Origin: Octopus bimaculoides
Taxonomy: Eukaryota
Assembly (NCBI RefSeq): GCF_001194135.2
Contig: NC_068994.1
Coordinates: 7,887,200-7,923,524, forward strand
Length of the DNA: 36,325 nt
Direction of reading: 5' to 3'
Under the pieces are notes generated by a model. That model saw only the letters and a list, made by a program, of their open reading frames with translations. It made no database searches and had not been told where the DNA came from. Both the position numbers and the translations under genes were made by a program. Shown in pieces: positions 10,945 to 20,589 of this stretch; positions within the stretch are counted from its first letter, which is position 1, and every line of letters starts with the position of its first letter.

Positions 10945-11391
10945 TTTTACTTGCTTTGCTCATTTGACTGTGGCCATGCTGGGGCACAGCCATGAAGGGA
11001 TGCAGTTGGACAAATTAACCTCAGTACTTATTTCAAGTCTGGTACTTGTTCTATCAGTCTTTGCTGGACTGTTAAGTTACAGGGAAGTAAACAAACCTAC
11101 AATGGTCGTCATGTGGTAGTAACAGGGACAAAAGCGGTGAGCTGGCAGAAACGTTAGCACGCCGGGCGAAATGCTTAGCGGTATTTCGTCTGCTGTTACG
11201 TTCTGAGTTCAAATTCCGCCGAGGTCGACTTTGCCTTTCATCCTTTCGGAGTCGATAAATTAAGTACCAGTTACGTACTGGGATCGATGTAATTGACTTA
11301 ATCCCTTTGTCTGTCCTTGTTTGTCCCCTCTATGTTTAGCCCCTTGTGGGCAATAAAGAAATAAGTAACAGGGACAAAGAAAAACAAATAC
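10945..11391 (-). mobile_element. SINE family A-related copy interrupted by a family B insertion
   Basis: catttgactgtggccatgctggggcac tail; the body resumes after the 15-bp TSD at 11378. Confidence 0.7.
11133..11363 (+). mobile_element. SINE family B, full length, with 15-bp TSD
   Basis: TSD AGTAACAGGGACAAA at 11118-11132 and 11364-11378. B-box-like gagttcaaattcc; tail gccccttgtgggcaataaagaaata. Confidence 0.92.
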
Positions 11392-12067
11392 NNNNNNNNN
11401 NNNNNNNNNNNNNNNNNNNNNNNNNNNNNNNNNNNNNNNNNNNNNNNNNNNNNNNNNNNNNNNNNNNNNNNNNNNNNNNNNNNNNNNNNNNNNNNNNNNN
11501 NNNNNNNNNNNNNNNNNNNNNNNNNNNNNNNNNNNNNNNNNNNNNNNNNNNNNNNNNNNNNNNNNNNNNNNNNNNNNNNNNNNNNNNNNNNNNNNNNNNN
11601 NNNNNNNNNNNNNNNNNNNNNNNNNNNNNNNNNNNNNNNNNNNNNNNNNNNNNNNNNNNNNNNNNNNNNNNNNNNNNNNNNNNNNNNNNNNNNNNNNNNN
11701 NNNNNNNNNNNNNNNNNNNNNNNNNNNNNNNNNNNNNNNNNNNNNNNNNNNNNNNNNNNNNNNNNNNNNNNNNNNNNNNNNNNNNNNNNNNNNNNNNNNN
11801 NNNNNNNNNNNNNNNNNNNNNNNNNNNNNNNNNNNNNNNNNNNNNNNNNNNNNNNNNNNNNNNNNNNNNNNNNNNNNNNNNTTGATGTCCCATTTCACTC
11901 ACTCACCTCTATCATTCCAGTTCTCTTTCTCTTTCTCTCCACCCCCCTCTACATTTCATCCCCTCTTATACCCCTACTACTTTCATTTTCACCTTCTGCC
12001 ACCACTATAAAACCAGCTAAACCCCCCCCAATGTGCACCTCACCCCCACTATTATTGTATATTTCAG

Positions 12068-12227
12068 TGACAATGTCCCTTGTAACTTTGAATGTACCCT
12101 CGAGGTCTACTGTCACAAATTACACGAGGACCTCACCATTGCTAGCACACCAAAGAAGATCAGAAAGAAGTTTAATGATTTCTCAGGCTCTGTCGGACGA
12201 AACGTTGGCAAAAGGTTATCTGGATTG
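12068..12227 (+). CDS. RTKN: Rhotekin exon (FDNVPCNFECTLEVYCHKLHEDLTIASTPKKIRKKFNDFSGSVGRNVGKRLSGL)
   Basis: atttcag acceptor, gtaagt donor; 160 nt, phase 2 to 0. Matches the FE..LE.Y and S.S.GR..G.R pattern of rhotekins. Confidence 0.93.
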
Positions 12228-12391
12228 GTAAGTCCATCTTGCCACATTCTCTCTCTCTTTGCTATGTGCGGCTGTTGTAGTGTGTGTGTGTGTGTGTGTA
12301 TGGTAAAGGTTATCCAATTATGCACATGTGTTGTTTCTGAATTTGTCTGAATGTGTGTGTGTGTGTGTGTGTGTGGTTATTCCAGTGTGAG

Positions 12392-12605
12392 TGGAGGTGC
12401 AATGGCCCAGTGGTTAGGGCAGCGGACTCGCTGTCATAGGATCGCGGTTTCGATTCCCAGACCAGGCGTTGTGAGTGTTTATTGAGCGAAAGCACATAAA
12501 CGCTCCACGAGGCTCCGGCAGGGAATGGTGGTGAACCCTGCTGTACTCTTTCACCACAACTTTCTCTCATTATTACTTCCTGTTTCTGTTGTGCCTGTAA
12601 TTCAA
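12392..12605 (+). mobile_element. SINE family C (tRNA-Arg-like head)
   Basis: tggcccagtggttagggcagcggactcgc...ggtttcgattcccagacc; TCG lies at the anticodon position. Confidence 0.88.
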
Positions 12606-12874
12606 TAACATTTTACCAAAAATGAGACACACATTGGGATTGAACCAAGGACCATGTGGTTGTGAAGCGAACTCCTTAACCATTTACCCATACTGTGCCT
12701 TATGTATGGGTGTGGAGTTACACTTTCATGTGTATACAAGATATAATCAGCTCTGGTTGAGCAAAATAAAAACCTGATAGTCATCACAGATTTCTCTCTC
12801 TCTCTCTCTTTCATTTATTAATTAAAATTTGTTTCTTATTTTTTGTTAATTGCTTCATCTTTGTTCTATTGCAG

Positions 12875-12906
12875 AGTGATGCTGACATAATCGGTAACAT
12901 GGTGCT
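12875..12906 (+). CDS. RTKN: Rhotekin short exon (SDADIIGNMV(L))
   Basis: Long pyrimidine tract plus gcag acceptor, gtaagt donor; 32 nt, phase 0 to 2. Required to join 12227 and 13737 in frame. Confidence 0.85.
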
Positions 12907-13121
12907 GTAAGTAGTCACTTCTGATTTTCAAATTTTACCCTTGTTTTTCTTATTGTTATGTTTTGTTGAGGATATTTCAGTTATTGTTTCATAGACGTTG
13001 TTTTTGTTGTTACTCCTTTTAAAATTTTGTTGGGGTGGGGTTAGTCAATTACATTGACTCCTTCCCCGGTGCGTCAATCCTTAATGGATGGAAAGCAGGC
13101 CTATATACCTGTGGGCAAAAA

Positions 13122-13603
13122 TAATAATAATAATCCTTTCTACTGGAAGCACAAGGCCTCAAATTTGGGGGAAGGGATTAAGTCGATTACATTGATCCCA
13201 GTATGCAACTGGTACTTAATTTATCGACCCCCAAAAGATGAAAAGCAAAGTTGACCTCGGCAGAATTTGAACTCGGAATGTAGTGGCAGGTGAAATACTG
13301 CTAAGCATTTCGCCCGGCTTGCTAATGATTCTGCCAGTTCGCTACCTTACTGATGATGATAATAATAATAATAACAATAATAATAATGATAGTAATAATT
13401 ATATCTACTATAGGCACAAGGCCTGAAATTTGGGGTTAGGGGATAAGTTGATTACATACTTAGTACTTAACTGGTACTTATTTCATTGAACCCTGAAAGG
13501 ATTAAAGGCAAAGTTGATTTAGGTGGAATTTGAACTCAGAATGTAAAGATAGATGAAATGCTGCAAGCATTTTACTGCGTGTGCTAATGATTCTGCCAGC
13601 TGA
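13122..13603 (-). mobile_element. Two tandem SINE family B copies (alternative tail) separated by (TAA)n
   Basis: Copies at ~13122-13349 and ~13385-13603, each with ggcacaaggcct.aaattt...aaaggcaaagttga...gaatttgaactc...ttctgccag. Confidence 0.85.
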
Positions 13604-13736
13604 CCGATTCCTCTTTTGAATAAATAATTGCTTAGTTTCCTGAAAGTCTTCTGACTTTGATGTTAAGATTCTGATGTTGGCAGTTTACTGGATCAGCTGT
13701 CTGACTGAGTCCTTTGTCATTTCTTTCTTTCTTTAG

Positions 13737-13834
13737 GGGCCCAAAGTTTGATTTGGTTACCACCAGTACCTTGTCCCTTTCTGATGCAGATGACACCGTA
13801 CGAACATACGACTTAACCATGGAACCTACAGCAG
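13737..13834 (+). CDS. RTKN: Rhotekin exon (GPKFDLVTTSTLSLSDADDTVRTYDLTMEPTA)
   Basis: tttctttag acceptor, gtgagt donor; 98 nt, phase 2 to 1. Aligns to rhotekin GPRYHLLAHTTLTL...RTHDLTL. Confidence 0.92.
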
Positions 13835-13914
13835 GTGAGTCCCTGAGTCCGTGAGTCAGTGAGTCCATGAGTCCATGAGTCAGTGAGTCTGTGAGTCCAT
13901 GAGTCAGTGAGTCT
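13835..13914 (+). repeat. 8-bp minisatellite (NTGAGTCH)x10 starting at the exon 13737-13834 splice donor
   Basis: Units: gtgagtcc ctgagtcc gtgagtca gtgagtcc atgagtcc atgagtca gtgagtct gtgagtcc atgagtca gtgagtct. Confidence 0.95.
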
Positions 13915-14072
13915 CTTTTTATTGACTGATAGCTTGATCATAATTTTGAGTGAGGTTGAGCATGAATAGAGGTGGTTCTTGTTTTTTTTTTTTTTGTTTT
14001 TGTCTTTTTTTCAAGTCTGCTATACACTCTATCAATGTATTTTGCTGAATTGCTAAGTTACAGAAACATGAA

Positions 14073-14154
14073 GAGGACTGGTGAGCCAGAAGCTGCATCA
14101 GGCTCCAATCTGATCTGGCAAAGTTTCTACAGCTGGATGCCCTTCCTAACGCCA
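14073..14154 (-). mobile_element. SINE family E fragment
   Basis: ctccaatctgatctggcaaagtttctacagctggatgcccttcctaacgcc overlaps the 9662-9805 core. Confidence 0.75.
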
Positions 14155-14293
14155 TACGATCAGCAAGATGGTTTTACATGGAAGACTGAAAATAAATATC
14201 TTCGCTTGAGTGATGGTGATGCTCGTTTATGGCCATTATGTGATGTCAAGGCAAGATTGCACATACATATGTACATGTGTTTATGTATGTATC

Positions 14294-14403
<110 letters not shown>

Positions 14404-14564
14404 TATAGTAGAATAAGAAATAGAAAGTCCTTGGTACAGTATAATATATATTTGAAAAAAATGAATAGAAATGGCTTTTCTGATAATTTTTCCACTTTAA
14501 TAATTGGATGTCCATAAGTCATTAGGTATAACACCTATTGAGTTTATAATATGACAAGCTTTTT

Positions 14565-14710
14565 CCAGTTTCCATCAACCAGCTCCACTCACAAGGCTGA
14601 GTTGGCTCAGGGCTAGAGTAGAAGGCATTTACTGAAGATGCTCTGCAGTGTTATTGAACCCAGGACCACACAGTCAGGAAGCAAGCTTCTTAACCACATA
14701 GCCAAACCAA
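14565..14710 (-). mobile_element. SINE family A, 5' part (diverged)
   Basis: ccactcacaaggctgagttggctcagggctagagtagaagg...gaacccaggaccac...aagcttcttaaccac. Confidence 0.7.
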
Positions 14711-14764
14711 GCCAGTATATATGTGTTCCTGTGTGTGTACACAGAAGCTCCTCTCCTCTCCTCT

Positions 14765-14795
<31 letters not shown>

Positions 14796-15857
14796 TATGC
14801 TGTTGTAGGAGAGAGCAGTGTAGTGACATACACCCGTAATACAAACAAGGTTTTGTTAAGAGTCTCATGACAATGTTTAGACTAGTTACCTTATGTGGCC
14901 ACCAGACAAGCTGAAACAACAGGACCAGCTCTGACTTGGTGAGCAGGGATTAGCATTATAAAGAGAAGACAAGCTTTAGTCATGCTGTTATGTTGATATG
15001 ATGAGGGTGGATAGCTGAGATGGCAAGACCTGGAACAACCTGCCAATAGGCCAGCTATTGGTATCCTGTCATACTGGTGGTGGTGGCGGCAGCAGCAGCA
15101 CCTCCTCCACCACCTCCTCCACCACCTCCTCCTCCTCCTCCCTACAATTCCTACTGAGACAAAAGCTGAAAGGTTTGACTCTCCTCCACTACCATTACTT
15201 CTTCTACTACCACTACAACCATCCTCGTATGACTATGTGGATAACTCTAGGATAATGGTTACTTGGTTGTTTAGTACCTGATAATCACTAATTACACAGG
15301 TTTGTTTTAAAAGTGTCTTCGAGCTGTGACCATCCCATATTGTCAGATAACGTATCTGTCTAGGAGTACATTATCTAATGTGTTCCTTCATGTTTTTAAG
15401 ATGGGTATGATTTGAAGCGGTCTTGGCTACTATTTCTAGCTTGGCGAATGTCGGTGGCCTTCCCCTCAGAGAAGTCATTAGCATCATGTAGAGGGGAGAT
15501 TTGCAGGCATGGAGACTTGGTCTTCCTAAAATGAAAAATCTTGCCCTGGCCAGTGCATACTTGTGCAGATGCACAGGCAGCTTGCAGTGATGGAGGCTTT
15601 ATTATGTTTGTGTTTGTATATGCATGTATGCACCTTTGGACGCATGTCTATGTACTAACATATATGCTTGTATGGATGTGTGTGTATGTGTGTTTGATTC
15701 TTCTGCTTGGTTGTGTATATATATNNNNNNNNNNNNNNNNNNNNNNNNNNNNNNNNNNNNNNNNNNNNNNNNNNNNNNNNNNNNNNNNNNNNNNNNNNNN
15801 NNNNNNNNNNNNNNNNNNNNNNNNNNNNNNNNNNNNNNNNNNNNNNNNNNNNNNNNN

Positions 15858-15910
<53 letters not shown>

Positions 15911-16153
15911 CTGTGTGTGCAAGTATGGATGTGTTGCATGTACAGAAATGTGCTTGTATGGTTGCATGTATAGATATATGTATGTATGTGCTTATCTGGA
16001 TAGATGTACGAGTGAGTATGGATGTGTGTCTTCTTTTACTTTTGCATGGATGTTTGTATGCACAAATGAAGATGTATGTGCATGCAAACATATAGATATC
16101 TGTGTGTGTTCACTATTCTCTAAAAAAAACTCTTTTCTTTATTAATCTTTCAG

Positions 16154-16260
16154 ATGGCAATATCTATGAATTACCGTTTTTTGGTCACTACTGCTGTCGG
16201 TTGGCTGTGTTACCACATTGCTTAACAAGGCCTGCAATGACTGGTCACCTCAATCTATTG
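16154..16260 (+). CDS. RTKN: Rhotekin exon (DGNIYELPFFGHYCCRLAVLPHCLTRPAMTGHLNLL)
   Basis: ctttcag acceptor, gtaagg donor; 107 nt, phase 1 to 0. LP..G..CCRLA..P.C motif at the anillin-homology/PH junction. Confidence 0.94.
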
Positions 16261-16403
16261 GTAAGGGAATCAACTCATCAGTTTTCCTGGATTTATACTA
16301 TCATTCATATTTCTTTTTTATTGGATGCTTTCTGAAGTGTCTACATTTCATTATACTCTCTGTTTCTTTCAGTGCAAACTTATATTTCTTCCTTCTTTTA
16401 CAG

Positions 16404-16529
16404 GTGGATAGAGAAAGGAACAAACAGAAGCGCTACTGGTGTGTACTGAAGAATTTGGAGCTGGCCTGCTTTGCTTCACCTCAGGATGAGAAAACTGCAC
16501 GACCTCATCTCTGTATCCCTGTAACAAAA
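16404..16529 (+). CDS. RTKN: Rhotekin exon, PH domain N-half (VDRERNKQKRYWCVLKNLELACFASPQDEKTARPHLCIPVTK)
   Basis: ttttacag acceptor, gtaaga donor; 126 nt, phase 0 to 0. PH-domain RYWCVL strand. Confidence 0.93.
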
Positions 16530-16719
16530 GTAAGAGAAAAGATTTGAGTTGGTCTTTCTGTAATAACTGCCCTAAGACTTTTTAGTGTTAAGTGTATTTG
16601 GTATAAATGCAACACAGTATAGGGCAGTGGGATATGAAGTACAGATTTTAATAACCTTAAACAGCTATGGCTCTATGAAAGAAATTTCATATTATTTTCG
16701 TGATTTCATTCAGTCCCCT

Positions 16720-17120
16720 TTTCTTTTATTCTTTTGTTTCAGTCATTTGACTGTGGCCATGCTGGAGCACCACCTTTAGTCGAACAAATCGACCCCAGGA
16801 CTTATTCTTTGTAAGCCTTGTACTGATTCAATCAGTCTCTTTTGCCAAACTGTTAAGTTATGGAGATGTAAACACACCAGCATCGGTTGTCAAGCGATGA
16901 TGGGGGGACAGACACACAAACACACACATACACACATATATATATATATATATACGACGGGCTTCTTTCAGTCTCCATATACCAAATCCACTCACAAGGC
17001 TTTGGCTGGCCTGAGGCTATAGCAGAAGACGCTTGCCCAAGGTGCCACGCAGTGGGACTGAACCCAGAACCATGTGGTTGGGAAGCATGCTACTTACCAC
17101 ACAGCCACTCCTGCACCTAT
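16720..17120 (-). mobile_element. SINE family A, full length
   Basis: High identity to the reverse complement of 3956-4354. Confidence 0.9.
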
Positions 17121-17181
17121 GTCTAACGTTAGTGTTTTTTTTCTTTCTTTCTCTTTCCGGTTTCTTTGTTGGTCCTGGCAG

Positions 17182-17347
17182 AATACTCAGGTGTCTGATG
17201 CTGATCCACGCATATTCCAAAATCCTCACACATTCCATGTTACAACCAAGACCGACATAAGCGTGTCCGATCATGTACTCTCTGCAGACAGCAAGCATGA
17301 CTTTGAGAATTGGTGGGATGGTTTCCAGCAACACCTGCTCGATCAAG
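17182..17347 (+). CDS. RTKN: Rhotekin exon, PH domain C-half (NTQVSDADPRIFQNPHTFHVTTKTDISVSDHVLSADSKHDFENWWDGFQQHLLDQ)
   Basis: ggcag acceptor (an in-frame alternative AG lies 9 nt downstream, exon start 17191), gtaact donor; 166 nt, phase 0 to 1. Ends with the PH C-terminal Trp helix. Confidence 0.92.
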
Positions 17348-17457
17348 GTAACTTTGTTCATTTGTTTCCCTTTTTATGTCTGTTTTTCCAAGCTGACATG
17401 GGTTAGACACTAGCTTCTCACCCATGTCTTTGTGTGTGTGCATATTCACAAAATTGC

Positions 17458-17679
17458 TTAACTGTTAGCATTCGAACTAGCTTTATCTACCCAAAATACT
17501 CTACCTGTTTTGTGTTAAAATCAGCCAGATCTGGCCCATCCCACCTACCCTAAAATGTCATTCTAAAATTTGTCACATCATTGAAATCTCAAAACTACAA
17601 GATAATGAATGATTAATTCACAATGAATTGAATAAATAATTATTACATTTGACGTAGTAATTTGCATGCTAAGGGTTAA
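17458..17679. mobile_element. piggyBac-like MITE with TTAA target sites
   Basis: TTAA at 17458-17461 and 17676-17679. Imperfect TIR CTGTTAGCAT versus CCCTTAGCAT (8/10). Confidence 0.65.
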
Positions 17680-17823
17680 ACTTGGGATGTTTTCATATTG
17701 ACAGGTTTCCTACAGACATCAACCTGAAAATGTTTAAATATAACAGCTGTGTTGATCTCTGGTAGTGATTTCGTGGATTTAATTCACTTTTGTTTGATTG
17801 AAATTGTTTAAAATGAATTAACT

Positions 17824-18110
17824 AAAAGGCAGTCTTTATGTCCAACTTAATGCAGAGATTTTGTTATGACACTGTATGTTGTGTTATCTACTTAGAGGGA
17901 ACCTCTCATATGCTCTTGTGGTGCATAAAAGCACACACAGTTATATAATTGGCAGACAAGAATTGTTGGACAATTCTTGTCTATCAGTGTTATAAATGCT
18001 AATGTTTTTATGCACCACGAGTTCATATGAGAGGTTCTCTCTAGGTAAATAATGCAGCATTCCATGTTCTAACATAGCCTCTACAGTAAGTTGGACATAG
18101 ATTGCCTTTT
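17824..18110. mobile_element. ~287-bp foldback (long inverted repeat) element
   Basis: Ends aaaaggcagtctttatgtccaactta / taagttggacatagattgcctttt. Central perfect 13-bp stem 17954-17966 / 17970-17982 with a TGG loop. Partial second copy at 23721-23767. Confidence 0.85.
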
Positions 18111-18115
18111 GCTGC

Positions 18116-18562
18116 TCTTTTTACTTGTTTGTCATTTGACTGCGGCCATGCTGGAGCACCGCCTTTAGTCGAGCAAATCGACCCCAGGACTTATTCTTTG
18201 GAAGCCTAGTNNNNNNNNNNTTAGTCGAGCAAATCGACCCCAGGACTTATTCTTTGGAAGCCTAGTACTTATTCTATCGGTCTCTTTTTGCCGAACCGCT
18301 AAGTTACAAGGACTTAAACACACCAGCATCGGTTGTCAAGCAATGTTGGGAGGACAAACAGACACACAAACACACACATATATATATACATATACATGAC
18401 GGGCTTCTTTCAGTTTCTGTCTACCAAATCCACTCACAAGGCTTTGGTCGGCCCGAGGCTATAGTAGAAGACACTTGCCCAAGGTGCCACGCAGTGGGAC
18501 TGAACCCTCGGAACCATGTGGTTGGTAAGCAAGCTACTTACCACACAGCCACTCCTACGCTT
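18116..18562 (-). mobile_element. SINE family A, full length and young (contains a 10-N gap)
   Basis: Near-identical to the other family A copies. Confidence 0.9.
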
Positions 18563-18692
18563 ATGCTATCAATTATAAATTAATTAGTCTGTTGACAGAA
18601 ATGATAAAAGAAAAGTGACTCAGTTTTCAAACCTCATGTCTAACACTTACCTATATTATGTAATGAAATGCTGATTCTTTTTCTTATTGTAG

Positions 18693-18803
18693 CTGCATGG
18701 AAACATGCTACAGAACAGATGATGTTGGTCCGGAAGGCATCACCATTAAATCTCCCATTATTCTTGCGTAAGAGCTCCCTCTATGATGACACACCCATTG
18801 AAG
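18693..18803 (+). CDS. RTKN: Rhotekin exon (AAWKHATEQMMLVRKASPLNLPLFLRKSSLYDDTPIE)
   Basis: cttattgtag acceptor, gtaagt donor; 111 nt, phase 1 to 1. Aligns to rhotekin QWKQCCDEIMKI...GSLYHEMAIE. Confidence 0.9.
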
Positions 18804-18849
18804 GTAAGTTCAGAGATGTTGCACTTGTTTCTGTTTGATGCCTCAGTCA

Positions 18850-19403
18850 TTGTCTCTATAATAATGGTTTCAAATTTTGGCACAGGGCCAACAATTTCGG
18901 ATGAAGGAGTAAGTTCATTACATTGGCCCCAGTACACAACTGTGGAGCGCAATGGCCCAGTGGTTAGGGCAGCAGACTCGCGGTCGGAGGATCGCGGTTT
19001 CGATTCCCAGACCGGGCGTTGTGTGTGTTTATTGAGCGAAAACACCAAAAGCACCACGAGGCTCCGGCAGGGGATGGTGGCGACCCCTGTTGTACTCTTT
19101 CGCCCCAACTTTCTCTCACTCTTTCTTCCTGTTTCTTGAGTAACGCTGCGATGGACTGGCGTCCCGTCCAGCTGGGGGGAACACATATGCCATAGAAACT
19201 GGGAAACCGGGCCCATGAGCCTGGCTAGGCTTTAAAAGGGCGCATAAGAATAAAAAAAAGTACACAACTGGTACTTATTGTGACTTTAACAGGACGAAAG
19301 GCAAAGTCAACCTTGGTGGCATTTGAACTCAGAATATGAAACTGGATGAAATACCACTAAGCATTTTGTCTGGCTTGCTAACGATTCTGCCAGCCGACCT
19401 TTG
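18850..19403 (-). mobile_element. SINE family B (diverged) split by a family C insertion
   Basis: Tail part 18850-18942 and head part 19271-19403 join across a 12-bp TSD. Confidence 0.75.
18943..19258 (+). mobile_element. SINE family C, full length, alternative tail, 12-bp TSD
   Basis: TSD AGTACACAACTG at 18931-18942 and 19259-19270; tRNA-like head; A-rich end. Confidence 0.92.
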
Positions 19404-19451
19404 TCATTATAATAATGATAATTGGTGTCACTTTATGAGGGCATGCCTTGT

Positions 19452-19721
19452 GAAGGTGCATGGCTCAGTGGTTAGAGCATTGAGCTTACGATCGTGAGGT
19501 TGTGAGTTCGAATCCCGGACCGGGCTGCGTGTTGTGTTCTTGAGCAAGACACTTTATTTCATGTTGCTCCAGTTCACTCAGCTGTAGAAATGTGTTGCGA
19601 TGTCACAGGTGCCAAGCTGTATCGGCCCCTTTGCCTTTCCCTTGGATAACACTGGTGGCGTGGAGAGGGGAGGCCGGTATGCATGGGCGACTGCTGGTCT
19701 TCCATAAACAACCTTGCCCGG
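19452..19721 (+). mobile_element. SINE family D (tRNA head, ttgagcaagacactt and cactcagctgta motifs)
   Basis: A box tggctcagtggttag, B box gttcgaatccc; truncated by a gap. Confidence 0.85.
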
Positions 19722-20589
19722 NNNNNNNNNNNNNNNNNNNNNNNNNNNNNNNNNNNNNNNNNNNNNNNNNNNNNNNNNNNNNNNNNNNNNNNNNNNNNNN
19801 NNNNNNNNNNNNNNNNNNNNNNNNNNNNNNNNNNNNNNNNNNNNNNNNNNNNNNNNNNNNNNNNNNNNNNNNNNNNNNNNNNNNNNNNNNNNNNNNNNNN
19901 NNNNNNNNNNNNNNNNNNNNNNNNNNNNNNNNNNNNNNNNNNNNNNNNNNNNNNNNNNNNNNNNNNNNNNNNNNNNNNNNNNNNNNNNNNNNNNNNNNNN
20001 NNNNNNNNNNNNNNNNNNNNNNNNNNNNNNNNNNNNNNNNNNNNNNNNNNNNNNNNNNNNNNNNNNNNNNNNNNNNNNNNNNNNNNNNNNNNNNNNNNNN
20101 NNNNNNNNNNNNNNNNNNNNNNNNNNNNNNNNNNNNNNNNNNNNNNNNNNNGTGTAAGGTTATTGAATTAAATATGACTTATATTTTTCTTCTTTCCTCC
20201 CATCACTCCCTCTCCCCAGCAATGAAGCAAACAGGCTGACCGACCTTTGTAAGCTATGAACGCGTGCGAGTAACAGAGAGAAAGAAAGAAAGAAAAAAAG
20301 AGAGGGGCTTATTAAAGAATATAAGATGTGTGAGGAGAAAAACAAATTTTTTTTTTAAAGACAGGTCAAAATGGAGTGTCAAAATGGTGGCTAGAATACG
20401 GTGTGGCTAAATTAACTGACGATGACGACGACAGCAAAGAGAGACCTCCCCCCCCCCAAATATGTATATTAACAAATCAATAATTAAATGAATAAATACT
20501 CATCTTGTAAGGATAACGACGGTAACAAGATATACAAAGGGCCTTACTTATAAATGGAGATGGGTCTGGAGTTGGTGGATTTTAGCAAC

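Noticed and set aside
12392-12470. tRNA genes (also at 18943, 19452, 25150 and 26730)
   Set aside because: The tRNA-like parts lack a complete acceptor stem and continue into shared SINE bodies; they are SINE heads.
15058-15255. Gly/Ser-rich or poly-Pro ORF within a rhotekin intron
   Set aside because: Made of GGT/GCA/CCT triplet repeats with no convincing splice sites. The flanking exons already join in frame.
18165-18266. Apparent 46-bp tandem duplication
   Set aside because: Identical copies flank a 10-N gap inside a SINE; this is an unmerged contig overlap.
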